From contig JAHCRH010000001.1 of the NCBI GenBank assembly GCA_020148025.1, positions 12,652 through 76,651 of the forward strand: 64,000 nt of DNA. The letters run 5' to 3'. Origin of the DNA: Patescibacteria group bacterium (lineage in GTDB: Bacteria; Patescibacteriota; Minisyncoccia; Minisyncoccales; JAHCRE01). Below the pieces are notes generated by a model. That model made no database searches. It had not been told where the DNA came from and worked only from the letters and a program-made list of their open reading frames with translations. The position numbers and the translations under genes are program-made. Of this stretch, positions 1-8,163 are shown piece by piece. How positions within the stretch are numbered: the first letter of the stretch is position 1; each line of letters begins with the position of its first letter.

Positions 1-198
1 ATTGACCCCGATGTTATTAAAATTTTGAGATTGATTTTGAAAAAAGAGATGAGTTTTTTGGAAAAATTGAAAATCGAAAGAACTCATCAGAAAGTAATAA
101 AGGATATATCAGGAAACTATTTATCTTTTGTGAAAGAAGGTCAATTTTAATTTTTCTATTTAATATAGATAAAAGGTGTTAAAATAGAACTATGAAAA

Positions 199-323
199 GT
201 CGCGGCACGCGACGGTCGCTTTTGCGACCGCGCTAATACCGCTCCTTAAAACCCATCGGTTTTAATCTTTCCGCTACGGGAAAACGCCCACTGTTCACAC
301 ACAGCTCAGTTTTCCCGACCCAG
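199..323 (-). repeat. GC-rich palindromic element, family A copy (reverse orientation), upstream of the first ORF
   Basis: 'gtcgcggcacgcgacggtcgc...ctacgggaaaacgcccactg...gttttcccgaccc'; near-identical to the 44634-44733 copy. Confidence 0.65.
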
Positions 324-373
324 GGGCCCGCTTTAGCGGGAGGGTGGTGGGTGGGTTGTAGTCTGATTTTTCT

Positions 374-2029
374 ATGAAAAATAAATTGGCAATTTTCCTT
401 ATTTTTTTGACCGCTGCCTTGGGAGCCGCTGGTTTTTGGTATTATCAAAGAAACATCTATTCAAAAGATATTTTGAAATTGGAGATTTTCGGCCCAGAAA
501 CAGCTGAATTGATGGAAGAGATCGAATATATCGTCAAATATAAAAACAATGGCAATGTTAGGTTAGAGGAGGCCAGGCTTATTTTTGAATATCCAGAACA
601 TTCTATAGTGCTAGAAAATGAATTAAGAAAAGAAAAACCGCTCGACGATATTTATCCGGGAGAAGAAAAAACACTTAATTTTAAAGCTAGATTATTCGGG
701 AAAAAAGATGAATCCAAAATAGCTAAAGCTTGGCTAAGTTATCGGCCCAAAAATCTAAATGCTCGTTACGAATCAGAAACTTCCTTGACCACTATAATAA
801 AGAAGGTCCCGATAACCTTTGAACTTGATCTCCCCTCCAAAATTGAGTCAGGAAAGGAGATTCGATTTAGATTGAATTATTTTTCCAATGTCAATTATCC
901 TCTTTCCAACCTAAGGATAAGAATTGAATATCCTTCTGGCTTCGAGTTTTTAGAATCTAAACCCAAGACTTTGGAAGAAACTGAATGGGAGATTGGTCTT
1001 TTAAATCCAGCTGTAGGAGGGAGAATTGAGGTTTTAGGTAAAATCCAGGGAGAGGTTGGAGAATCAAAAATTTTCTGGGCTGAGCTTGGCCAGTGGCAGG
1101 AAGGAGAACTTGTTTTATTGAAAACAGTTAGTTGGGGAGTGGAGATTATTAAACCACTTTTGTATATTTTTCAAGAAATTAATGGAAATCCAAAGTATAT
1201 TGCTACTCCCGGCGACCTTTTGGATTATCGAATTTTCTTTAAGAATATTGGAGAGAGAGTTTTAGAAAATTTATTTTTAATGGTCAAATTAGAAAGTGAG
1301 ACTTTAGATTTCGACACCCTTAAAGTTGAACCCGATCGATTTGAAAGAATAGAAAATAAGATTATTTGGAACTACACAATGCTTTCTGATCTCAGGAGAC
1401 TGCCCCCAATGGCTGAAGGTAAAGTTGAGTTTTGGATAAAAGTAAAAGATGATTTTTCTCCCGATTTCAAAAATCCGGAAATCAAAACCGTAATTTCTTT
1501 AGATGGATTTAAAGAAGAATTCAACACCAAAATCAATTCAAAATTAGAAATTCTTCAAAAAGGATATTTTGAAGATGGAGTCTTTGGTAATTCTGGCCCC
1601 ATTCCTCCGAGAGTAGGAGAAACGACTACCTATAGTATAATCTGGCAAGCTAAAAATCATTATAACGATGTCAAAAATGTAAAGGTTAAAGCAACCTTGC
1701 CACTAGAAGTTAAATTGACTGGTAAAATTTTTCCTGAAGAGCAATCTTCAAAATTTGCTTTTGATTCTGAATCTCGGGAAATTGTCTGGGAAATCGGAGA
1801 TTTAGAGTCAGCTACAGGAGTTTCTGATGGTGGACCAAATGTTGCTTTTCAAGTATCCCTCACACCCACCGCCAGTCAGAGAGGTCAAATAGCAACTTTA
1901 ATTAATACAGCTAAGATTTCAGGCGAGGACCAATGGACGGAAGCAACCCTAGAAACAACAGCCGAAGCCATTGGCACCACTTTGCCAGACGATGAGACCA
2001 TAAGCGAGGAACAAGGGATTATTCGGTAA
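374..2029 (+). CDS. hypothetical surface protein, N-terminal TM anchor followed by beta-rich repeat domains
   Basis: 551 aa ORF; N-terminal hydrophobic helix 'LAIFLIFLTAALGAAGFWYY'; repeated Ig/DUF11-like segments; function unknown. Confidence 0.55.
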   Translation: MKNKLAIFLIFLTAALGAAGFWYYQRNIYSKDILKLEIFGPETAELMEEIEYIVKYKNNGNVRLEEARLIFEYPEHSIVLENELRKEKPLDDIYPGEEKTLNFKARLFGKKDESKIAKAWLSYRPKNLNARYESETSLTTIIKKVPITFELDLPSKIESGKEIRFRLNYFSNVNYPLSNLRIRIEYPSGFEFLESKPKTLEETEWEIGLLNPAVGGRIEVLGKIQGEVGESKIFWAELGQWQEGELVLLKTVSWGVEIIKPLLYIFQEINGNPKYIATPGDLLDYRIFFKNIGERVLENLFLMVKLESETLDFDTLKVEPDRFERIENKIIWNYTMLSDLRRLPPMAEGKVEFWIKVKDDFSPDFKNPEIKTVISLDGFKEEFNTKINSKLEILQKGYFEDGVFGNSGPIPPRVGETTTYSIIWQAKNHYNDVKNVKVKATLPLEVKLTGKIFPEEQSSKFAFDSESREIVWEIGDLESATGVSDGGPNVAFQVSLTPTASQRGQIATLINTAKISGEDQWTEATLETTAEAIGTTLPDDETISEEQGIIR

Positions 2030-2038
2030 TTCTAATTT

Positions 2039-3367
2039 ATGAATAATCTAATGAATAAAATTATCTCTCTTTGTAAAAGGCGGGGATTTGTTTTTCAATC
2101 GTCGGAAATTTATGGCGGCTTTAGTTCTTGTTATGATTTCGGACCCCTTGGAGTAGAAATGAAAAATAATATTAAGCGAGTTTGGTGGGATGAGATGATA
2201 AAGAATCATGAGAATATTGTTGGATTGGATGCGGCAATTTTAATGAAACCCGAGATTTGGAAGGCTTCAGGGCATTTAACCGCCGGCTTTGCTGATACTT
2301 TAGTCGAATGCAAGTCCTGCCACAAGAGATATAGAGCTGATGAGGTAGATAGTAAAGTTTGCCCAGAATGTGGGGGGGAATTAACCAAACCAAGAAAGTT
2401 TAATTTAATGATGAAAACTTTTGTTGGACCAGTTGAAGAAGACGCCGCAACAACTTATTTAAGAGCCGAGACCTGTCAAGGGATCTATGTTAATTTTGAA
2501 AATGTTTTAAATTCAATGAGGCTGAAAATCCCTTTTGGAATCGCCCAAATTGGAAAATCCTTTAGAAATGAAATCACCCCAAAAGATTTTATTTTTCGAA
2601 CCCGAGAATTCGAACAAATGGAGATGCAATGGTTCTGCCATCCAAAAACGGCAGCAAAATATTTTAATTATTGGATAAAAGAAAGATTGAATTGGTATTT
2701 AAATTTGGGGATTAAAAAAGAAAATTTGAGAATAAAAGAACATAAAAAAGAGGAACTTCCCCATTACGCCAAAGCCGGAACTGATATTGAATACCATTTC
2801 CCCTTCGGCTGGAGAGAGATCGAAGGAATTCATAACCGGGGTGATTGGGATTTATCTAATCACGCCAAAAACAGCGGAAAAGATTTAAGTTATTATAATG
2901 AGGAAACTAAAGAAAAATACATTCCTTATATTATTGAGACTTCAGGTGGAGTTGATAGAAGTTTTTTTGTCTTCTTAATTGATGCCTATCAAGAGATAAA
3001 AGGGGGTAGAACTGAAACAACAAAAGCGGCGAAGGAAATAGAAATTTTACTTAAGCTTGACAAGAAATTAACTCCAATTAAAGTTGCGGTACTACCATTG
3101 GTTAGAAATAAACCAAACATAGTAAAAAAAGCTAAGGAGGTTTACGAAATGTTAAAACCTCATTTTATGTGCCAATACGATGAATTAGGTTCAATTGGTA
3201 GAAGATATCGAAGACAAGACGAGATTGCAACTATATATGCCGTAACCATTGATTTTGAAACTTTGGAAAAAGAAGATGTCACCATTAGAGATCGCGACAC
3301 AATGAAACAGGAAAGAGTAAAAATTAAAGATTTGATTAGTGTTTTAAAAGAAAAATTAGGGTTCTAA
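2039..3367 (+). CDS. glyQS: glycine--tRNA ligase (dimeric GlyQS type)
   Basis: 442 aa; N-terminus 'RRGFVFQSSEIYGG...YDFGPLG', class II aaRS core and anticodon-binding C-terminal domain. Confidence 0.9.
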   Translation: MNNLMNKIISLCKRRGFVFQSSEIYGGFSSCYDFGPLGVEMKNNIKRVWWDEMIKNHENIVGLDAAILMKPEIWKASGHLTAGFADTLVECKSCHKRYRADEVDSKVCPECGGELTKPRKFNLMMKTFVGPVEEDAATTYLRAETCQGIYVNFENVLNSMRLKIPFGIAQIGKSFRNEITPKDFIFRTREFEQMEMQWFCHPKTAAKYFNYWIKERLNWYLNLGIKKENLRIKEHKKEELPHYAKAGTDIEYHFPFGWREIEGIHNRGDWDLSNHAKNSGKDLSYYNEETKEKYIPYIIETSGGVDRSFFVFLIDAYQEIKGGRTETTKAAKEIEILLKLDKKLTPIKVAVLPLVRNKPNIVKKAKEVYEMLKPHFMCQYDELGSIGRRYRRQDEIATIYAVTIDFETLEKEDVTIRDRDTMKQERVKIKDLISVLKEKLGF

Positions 3368-3383
3368 TTTGAATTTAAGTTAA

Positions 3384-3413
3384 AGCGAAAGTTCGAGTCC
3401 TACCGCCGGAGCA
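3384..3413 (+). other. tRNA 3'-end fragment (T-loop 'GTTCGAGTCC' plus acceptor-like 'CGCCGGAG'), no upstream tRNA body
   Basis: sequence 'gttcgagtcctaccgccggagca' immediately after the glyQS stop; upstream is AT-rich coding sequence with no cloverleaf. Confidence 0.3.
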
Positions 3414-3442
3414 ATTATATAATGTCATTATAGAATTCAAAT

Positions 3443-3478
3443 AATCGCCTTTTGGGCGGTTTTTTGGTAGAATAGAAT
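3443..3478 (+). promoter_or_regulatory. R2 module: short hairpin plus T-run followed by TGnTAGAAT extended -10 (terminator-promoter unit)
   Basis: 'aatcgccttttgggcggttttttggtagaat'; same module recurs at 4861-4893 and 5833-5865. Confidence 0.4.
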
Positions 3479-3516
3479 GAGAGTCGGCATAATTTGATAA
3501 CAAAAATATAATTACT

Positions 3517-3678
3517 ATGAAGAACCAAAAAATAGTAGGAATTTTATTGGCGTTAACAGGAGCCTTCTTAATGTGGAATGGTAGTATTTTGGGAGAAAAT
3601 ACTACAGGTATTGCAACTATCATAGGTATTGTCGGGTTGATCTTAATAGCTACATCACGGAAAGCCAAAAAATTCTAA
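3517..3678 (+). CDS. small membrane protein (53 aa, one TM helix)
   Basis: ATG about 3517 to TAA about 3676-3678; 'MKNQKIVGILLALTGAFLMWNG...IGIVGLILIATSRKAKKF'; preferred over the antisense track ORF 3375..3668. Confidence 0.4.
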   Translation: MKNQKIVGILLALTGAFLMWNGSILGENTTGIATIIGIVGLILIATSRKAKKF

Positions 3679-3713
3679 ATCAACAAATTATTAACAGGCA
3701 GCTGCTACTAAAC

Positions 3714-3741
3714 AGGTTCTAACATCGTCCCATCTGGGGAG
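3714..3741 (+). repeat. R1 motif copy 1 (AGGTTCTAACATCGTCC...GGGGAGC)
   Basis: 'aggttctaacatcgtcccatctggggagc', directly followed by TATAAT and a small ORF. Confidence 0.6.
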
Positions 3742-3763
3742 CAAATAGTGTATAATTATATCT

Positions 3764-3883
3764 ATGGCAAAAAGAAGAAAAGGAATAGGAAAGAGAAAGA
3801 AGTCTCATTCAAAAAAGACCAAAAAACGGCTTGCGATAAAGCGTGAAATGTTGGCAAAAAGGGACAGCAAACGGCGCAAGTAG
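3764..3883 (+). CDS. very basic 39-aa peptide (Lys/Arg-rich)
   Basis: 'MAKRRKGIGKRKKSHSKKTKKRLAIKREMLAKRDSKRRK'; TATAAT 8 nt upstream; below the ORF-track size cutoff. Confidence 0.3.
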   Translation: MAKRRKGIGKRKKSHSKKTKKRLAIKREMLAKRDSKRRK

Positions 3884-3920
3884 ATCTATTTTTCTATGTA
3901 ACCAGAATGTGCCTGAAAAT

Positions 3921-3980
3921 AGGTTCTAACATCGTCCACTACTTACAAAAAAGGTTCGAAGACTGTTAAGGGTGGGGAGC
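3921..3980 (+). repeat. R1 motif copy 2 (carries a 36-nt internal insertion)
   Basis: 'aggttctaacatcgtcca...ggttcgaagactgttaagggtggggagc'. Confidence 0.55.
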
Positions 3981-3996
3981 TTTTTTATTTCCGCCC

Positions 3997-4017
3997 GCCC
4001 CGAGAGTTTTTCTCGGG
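3997..4017 (+). repeat. R3 hairpin 'CCCCGAGAGTTTTTCTCGGGG'; part of the left 40-bp direct repeat flanking the ncRNA unit
   Basis: left direct repeat 3978-4020, matching 4329-4372 at about 38 of 42 positions. Confidence 0.6.
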
Positions 4018-4042
4018 GTTTTGAATTTATACCCATAAACCC

Positions 4043-4070
4043 TTGACAAGTTCTGTGGGTTTGCTATAAT
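4043..4070 (+). promoter_or_regulatory. near-consensus sigma70-type promoter TTGACA-16-TATAAT
   Basis: 'ttgacaagttctgtgggtttgctataat'. Confidence 0.6.
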
Positions 4071-4077
4071 AGAGGCG

Positions 4078-4337
4078 TATAGGGTAAAAGCTCTGTACCG
4101 AAAGGACCATTCGGACACAGGACGGATAGTCTTGGGTAATTTAAAAGGCTTACTTATTGAAAGCGAGTACTTCTGGAAAAGATTCCAATGAATTCTTCCA
4201 CGGGGGAGCCTGTGCTCCTATGTGGAAAATGGGTTCAGAGAAGACGTACAGAAGTACAGATGAACAAGTAGGTAGGATAAGCCTCTTTTTTACTCACATG
4301 GGGTGCGTCACTAAGATTCACCCCTTACTCTTTTTTA
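4078..4337 (+). ncRNA. candidate structured small RNA of about 260 nt, family not identified
   Basis: consensus promoter upstream; internal hairpins (ccgaa/ttcgg, ggagc/gctcc); ends in intrinsic terminator 'ggggtgcgtcactaagattcacccc' plus T-run; no convincing protein frame. Confidence 0.4.
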
Positions 4338-4347
4338 TTTCCGTCGC

Positions 4348-4368
4348 TCCGAGAGTTTTTCTCTCGGG
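4348..4368 (+). repeat. R3 hairpin copy 2 (right direct repeat of the ncRNA unit)
   Basis: 'ccgagagtttttctctcgg' within 4329-4372. Confidence 0.55.
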
Positions 4369-4400
4369 TTTCTTTGTATTACCCGATTAAGGAAACTAAA

Positions 4401-4434
4401 ACAAAAACCCCGCAAGAATTTTGCGGGGTTTGTT
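4401..4434. terminator. bidirectional intrinsic terminator
   Basis: 'aaaaccccgcaagaattttgcggggtttgtt': GC stem with an A-run and T-run on opposite sides. Confidence 0.6.
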
Positions 4435-4443
4435 CGTTCTGGA

Positions 4444-4623
4444 TTAGCGTTCGAATCTTCGAGTTCTTCGTTTAGCATGACAGTCTCTACAGTAAAGTGG
4501 TCTATCTCCCGATGGTTCAAATGGAAGTTCGGTTATTTCTTTTCCGCAATCAGAACATTTCCAATTTCCCTTGAACATCTTTCGAGGGAAATCTCTATTG
4601 GATTCAAATTTTTTGAAGGCCAT
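4444..4623 (-). CDS. small zinc-ribbon protein (59 aa, CxxC...CxxC)
   Basis: reverse-strand ORF 'MAFKKFESNRDFPRKMFKGNWKCSDCGKEITELPFEPSGDRPLYCRDCHAKRRTRRFER'; 60 codons counted; ends at the bidirectional terminator. Confidence 0.5.
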   Translation of the reverse strand: MAFKKFESNRDFPRKMFKGNWKCSDCGKEITELPFEPSGDRPLYCRDCHAKRRTRRFER

Positions 4624-4821
4624 AAATAAATGTTATTTAGTGATTAAAGGTAAAAAGCGACCTTTATGACTCTTAAGTCGCTCTACTTATTTAGGCCCCG
4701 TTAATTTTTTGAAATTACTAAAGACTTACTTTAAGATACCTCGACTTATAAATCTAAAATCATTATACTCCTTATTTTTAATAAGTCAAGTTGATGTATT
4801 GACCAAGTGGTTTTACTAACT

Positions 4822-4850
4822 AGTTTCTAACATCGTCCACCCAGGGGAGC
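4822..4850 (+). repeat. R1 motif copy 3
   Basis: 'agtttctaacatcgtccacccaggggagc', followed by the R2 module 4861-4893. Confidence 0.6.
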
Positions 4851-4935
4851 TCCGTTCAGAAAATCGCCAAGAAGGCGATTTTTTAGTAGAATGTTTTAAA
4901 GGTCATATAAAATAATTTATAAGCAACCAAAAAAT

Positions 4936-5160
4936 ATGAAAGATGAAACAAAAACAGCAATACTTACAGCTGTTCTCATGATAGGATTGATAATAATTTT
5001 TAAGAACGTAATATACAAACCACTGAATGTGGTGCCCTTATATTTAATTCCAGTGTTTCTTTATATTGGATACATAACAAGGAGAGTTGGTGCTAATCTT
5101 TGGATTGGTATGACTCTATTCATCACGTTGGCAATGGCTGTATTGCATGCTTTCTTTTAG
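4936..5160 (+). CDS. small membrane protein (74 aa, 2-3 TM helices)
   Basis: hydrophobic segments 'ILTAVLMIGLIIIF', 'LYLIPVFLYIGYI', 'LWIGMTLFITLAMAVL'. Confidence 0.5.
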   Translation: MKDETKTAILTAVLMIGLIIIFKNVIYKPLNVVPLYLIPVFLYIGYITRRVGANLWIGMTLFITLAMAVLHAFF

Positions 5161-5186
5161 AGTTTTTTTATTGTTTAGGTAAAAAA

Positions 5187-5687
5187 ATGCAGAGGAATAA
5201 CCTTTATGAAGAAAAGATATCCTCGAAGTGGTGGATGACGGGTATATTGACCGCTTTTACAGCTGGACTTCTTTTCGTATTGGTCTATCAAATTTTGGTA
5301 GGATCAATTGGTACTCGTCCTGCTCCAAACTTGTTTTTCCTACTTATGTTTCTATTGTTTTTAGGAGTGGTGATTAATTTTAGTAGGCTAAGCATTAGAA
5401 TAACTCACCTGTCTGTCAGGGTCAGTTATGGAATTTTTAAGCACACAATCCCCTGGGAGAATATTAAGAATTGTTATATAGACGAAGTTTCAACAATTAG
5501 ATATGGGGGTTGGGGCATACGCATAGGCAGAGTTAAGGGAAAATGTAGATTAGTGTATAATGTTATAGGAGCCCCTCGAGTTGTGCTTTCATTGAAGAAA
5601 GGTAAATTTAAAGAGTTTGTTTTTTCAACTGAAAAACCAAAAGAAGTAATGAATATAATCAGGCAACGGAGAGGTAGCGACTCTTGA
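5187..5687 (+). CDS. membrane protein with bacterial PH (bPH/DUF304-like) domain
   Basis: two N-terminal TM helices then 'YGIFKHTIPWENIKNCYIDE...RYGGWGIRIG'; start taken at internal ATG about 5187 of the track ORF 5100..5687. Confidence 0.5.
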   Translation: MQRNNLYEEKISSKWWMTGILTAFTAGLLFVLVYQILVGSIGTRPAPNLFFLLMFLLFLGVVINFSRLSIRITHLSVRVSYGIFKHTIPWENIKNCYIDEVSTIRYGGWGIRIGRVKGKCRLVYNVIGAPRVVLSLKKGKFKEFVFSTEKPKEVMNIIRQRRGSDS

Positions 5688-5798
5688 ATTAGCAGATCTC
5701 GGAATTTATAGAGATGATGACTGGTAAGTTGGGGTATAAGAACTAATGTTGATACTTAACTGAACCGACTCAATACTCGGTAAATTCTTCCAAAACCA

Positions 5799-5826
5799 AG
5801 TTCTAATATTGTACCATCCCTGGAGC
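5799..5826 (+). repeat. R1 motif copy 4 (diverged)
   Basis: 'aagttctaatattgtaccatccctggagc', followed by R2 at 5833-5865. Confidence 0.5.
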
Positions 5827-5875
5827 ACACAAAAATCGCCAAGAAGGCGGTTTTTTGGTAAAATAAAAATGTTTT

Positions 5876-6622
5876 ATGAAAGAAAGATATAAAAAACATG
5901 ATAAAAATAAAATGATTTGTTTCGATTTAGAAGGCGTATTAGTTAGTGGATTGGAGAAGGAGGGAGTTGTGATTCGTACAAATTCTTATACCTTGCTAAG
6001 TAAATTTTCTGGAAAAGAAAGTGAAAATCAAAGGTTATTAGAACAATTTTTAAAAGATAAAATCTCTCAAGAAAAATATGTATTAAATTCCGTAGCTTTA
6101 TGGAAAGGACTGCCAGTGGAAAAATTGAATGAAATTATTCCGTATCTTAGATTTACAACAAATGCAAAATTGGTTTGCGATTATTTAAGTCAACACGGAT
6201 ACAATCTCAGCACTATTTCCAACGGATTTTCTTTTATTACAAATTCTGTTGCAACCACATTAGGTTTAAAGTATGCTGTTTCCAATAAGCTGGAGGTCAA
6301 AAATAAAAAACTAACAGGTAGAATTGAATATGGACTAATTTTTAAGAACGAAAAGAAAGAAATAGAAAAAATTAACCCTCTTATAAAGAGCGGTTCTAAA
6401 GTTTACGCATTAAAATTACTTCTCAAAAAAGAGGAGCTAAACCCATCAAATGTTATTGTCTTCGGTGATTATCCAAATGATATAGAAATAATGAGATTTG
6501 TTAAAGATAGCCATGGAGTGGGCATCGCTTTTAATGCCGTCGAGCAAGTAAAGAAAATTGCAAGCCTATCTATAGACTCAAATGATTTAAAGATAATTTT
6601 AGAATATATAAAGCAATGGTGA
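5876..6622 (+). CDS. HAD-superfamily hydrolase (phosphoserine phosphatase-like)
   Basis: motif I 'ICFDLEGVL' (DxDx[TV]) and motif IV 'GDYPNDIEIM'. Confidence 0.7.
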   Translation: MKERYKKHDKNKMICFDLEGVLVSGLEKEGVVIRTNSYTLLSKFSGKESENQRLLEQFLKDKISQEKYVLNSVALWKGLPVEKLNEIIPYLRFTTNAKLVCDYLSQHGYNLSTISNGFSFITNSVATTLGLKYAVSNKLEVKNKKLTGRIEYGLIFKNEKKEIEKINPLIKSGSKVYALKLLLKKEELNPSNVIVFGDYPNDIEIMRFVKDSHGVGIAFNAVEQVKKIASLSIDSNDLKIILEYIKQW

Positions 6623-6714
6623 ATAGCGGGGTGGGGTAGATTAAATAGTTGCTAATACTTGTTTTATTTGCTGGAACATAATCTTAGGGCTATCAACAAA
6701 ATCCTCCCATCTCA

Positions 6715-6766
6715 AGGTTCTAAAATCGTCCGATAGACCGAGCCACTGCCCGAGAGTTTTTCTCGG
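6715..6766 (+). repeat. R1 motif copy 5 fused to R3 hairpin copy 3
   Basis: 'aggttctaaaatcgtccgatagaccgagccactgcccgagagtttttctcgg'. Confidence 0.5.
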
Positions 6767-6780
6767 ATAATCTATATATA

Positions 6781-6868
6781 AAAAAGGAGCTAAGCTCCTT
6801 TTTGTATAGCTTCTTTTTTGTTCCTGCTTATCCCCGCCGGGTCTTCGTCCGGCGGGCTTTGTTTTTTT
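6781..6868 (+). terminator. two consecutive intrinsic terminators
   Basis: 'ggagctaagctcc' plus T-run, then 'ccgccgggtcttcgtccggcgg' plus a T-run. Confidence 0.55.
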
Positions 6869-6897
6869 AAAAACTTTAAACTATAATTAAATAAACC

Positions 6898-8163
6898 ATG
6901 TTCAAAAAAACCATTCTAAAAAATGGTTTGCGGATTATTACTTTTCCTATGAAGAATACTCGAGCTTTGACTCTTTTGATTTTGGTGGCAACTGGCTCAA
7001 AATACGAAAAAAAAGAAAACAATGGAATTTCTCATTTATTAGAGCACATGGCCTTTAAAGGAACAAAAAAGAGACCCCAGACAATAGATATTGCCAAAGA
7101 ATTGGATAGGGTCGGTGGTCTTTATAATGCTTTCACTGGCAAAGAATCGATGGGATTTTGGGTAAAAGTTGGAGCAACTCATTTTGATTTAGCCACTGAT
7201 GTTTTGTCAGACATGGTTTTTAATTCTTTATTTAAAAAAGAAGAAATTGCAAAAGAAAAAAAAGTGATCTTCGAGGAAATCAATATGATGAAAGATAGTC
7301 CTTCAAGATATGTTTTAGAGCTGTGGGGAAAATTATTATATGGTGATCAGCCAGCTGGCTGGCCAATTGCAGGCGAAAAGAAAACAATTGAAAAAATTTC
7401 AAGAAAAGAAATTTTAGATTATTTTAAAAATCAATTTGGAGCAAAAAATATTGTGATTTCTTTAACTGGAAATTTTAAAGAAAAGAAAGCCATCTCAAAG
7501 ATTAAAAGTTTTTTCGGGCGCTTAAAAAAAATAAAACCTATTTTTAAAAAGCCAACAATTGAAATTCAAAAAAAACCTGAAGTTTTAATTAATTTTAAAG
7601 AAACTGATCAGGCTCATTTGTGTCTTGGAGTAAGAACTTTCGACATATTTCAACCAGAAAGATATCCTTTGGCTGTGATGTCTGTGATTTTGGGAGGGAT
7701 TATGAGCTCTCGGCTTTTTATAAAAGTTCGGGAAAAAAGAAGTTTGGCTTATTATATTAGAACATTCCCTCAACATTATACGGATACAGGTTTCCTGGTC
7801 ACTCATACAGGGATAGATAATAAAAGAGTTGAAGAGGCAATAAAGATTATTCTAAATGAATATAGTGATCTTAAAACAAAAAAAGTTTCCAAAAGAGAAC
7901 TTAAAAAAGCAAAAGAAAACATTAAAGGCCGTCTTTATTTAGGATTAGAAACTTCTGATGCCTGGGCAACTTTTTTGGGGAGTCAAGAAATTTTAAAAAA
8001 AGAAATTTCAACTCCTGTGAAAGAGTGTAAAAGAATTGATAAAGTTAGCCAAGCCGATGTTTTAAAGGTAGCAAAAAATCTTTTCCGGCCAGAAAAATTA
8101 AATTTAGCCTTAATTGGTCCATTTAAAGATAAAGAGAAATTTAAAAAACTATTAAGAATATGA
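6898..8163 (+). CDS. M16-family zinc peptidase (insulinase/pitrilysin-like)
   Basis: inverted zinc motif 'HLLEHMAFKGT' (HxxEH); about 420 aa two-domain fold. Confidence 0.85.
   Translation: MFKKTILKNGLRIITFPMKNTRALTLLILVATGSKYEKKENNGISHLLEHMAFKGTKKRPQTIDIAKELDRVGGLYNAFTGKESMGFWVKVGATHFDLATDVLSDMVFNSLFKKEEIAKEKKVIFEEINMMKDSPSRYVLELWGKLLYGDQPAGWPIAGEKKTIEKISRKEILDYFKNQFGAKNIVISLTGNFKEKKAISKIKSFFGRLKKIKPIFKKPTIEIQKKPEVLINFKETDQAHLCLGVRTFDIFQPERYPLAVMSVILGGIMSSRLFIKVREKRSLAYYIRTFPQHYTDTGFLVTHTGIDNKRVEEAIKIILNEYSDLKTKKVSKRELKKAKENIKGRLYLGLETSDAWATFLGSQEILKKEISTPVKECKRIDKVSQADVLKVAKNLFRPEKLNLALIGPFKDKEKFKKLLRI

Noticed and set aside
233-448. Track ORF (71 aa, minus strand) overlapping the GC-rich block upstream of the first gene
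   Set aside because: It is the family-A repeat element read through in an arbitrary frame (Pro/Gly/Arg-rich low-complexity translation). The same applies to 61238..61453 (+) and 46819..47025 (-).
3375-3668. 97-aa minus-strand ORF in the island
   Set aside because: Low-complexity translation that overlaps the tRNA-fragment and R2 module. The plus-strand 53-aa membrane ORF with its own promoter module fits the cassette pattern better.
4078-4337. ncRNA as RNase P RNA, tmRNA or SRP RNA
   Set aside because: Hallmark motifs are absent: no 'AGGAAAGUCC...ACAGAA.CCGGCUUA' P4 pair, no tRNA-like acceptor/T-arm with a tag ORF, and no 'GGAAGCAGCC' domain IV. It is also too short for RNase P.
4157-4390. 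77-aa plus-strand ORF inside the ncRNA candidate
   Set aside because: It reads straight through the intrinsic terminator and the right direct repeat, has no RBS, and its composition is not protein-like.
3714-6743. R1 motifs as integron attC sites
   Set aside because: R1 lacks the paired R''/L''-L'/R' imperfect-palindrome architecture and the GTTRRRY core. No intI is nearby. R1 is kept as an unexplained recurring motif instead.
8160-8163. Possible UGA recoding (code 25) given the candidate-phylum flavour
   Set aside because: TGA terminates well-conserved genes at the expected positions, for example the M16 peptidase at 8161-8163 and the rplN upstream ORF. Standard code 11 applies.
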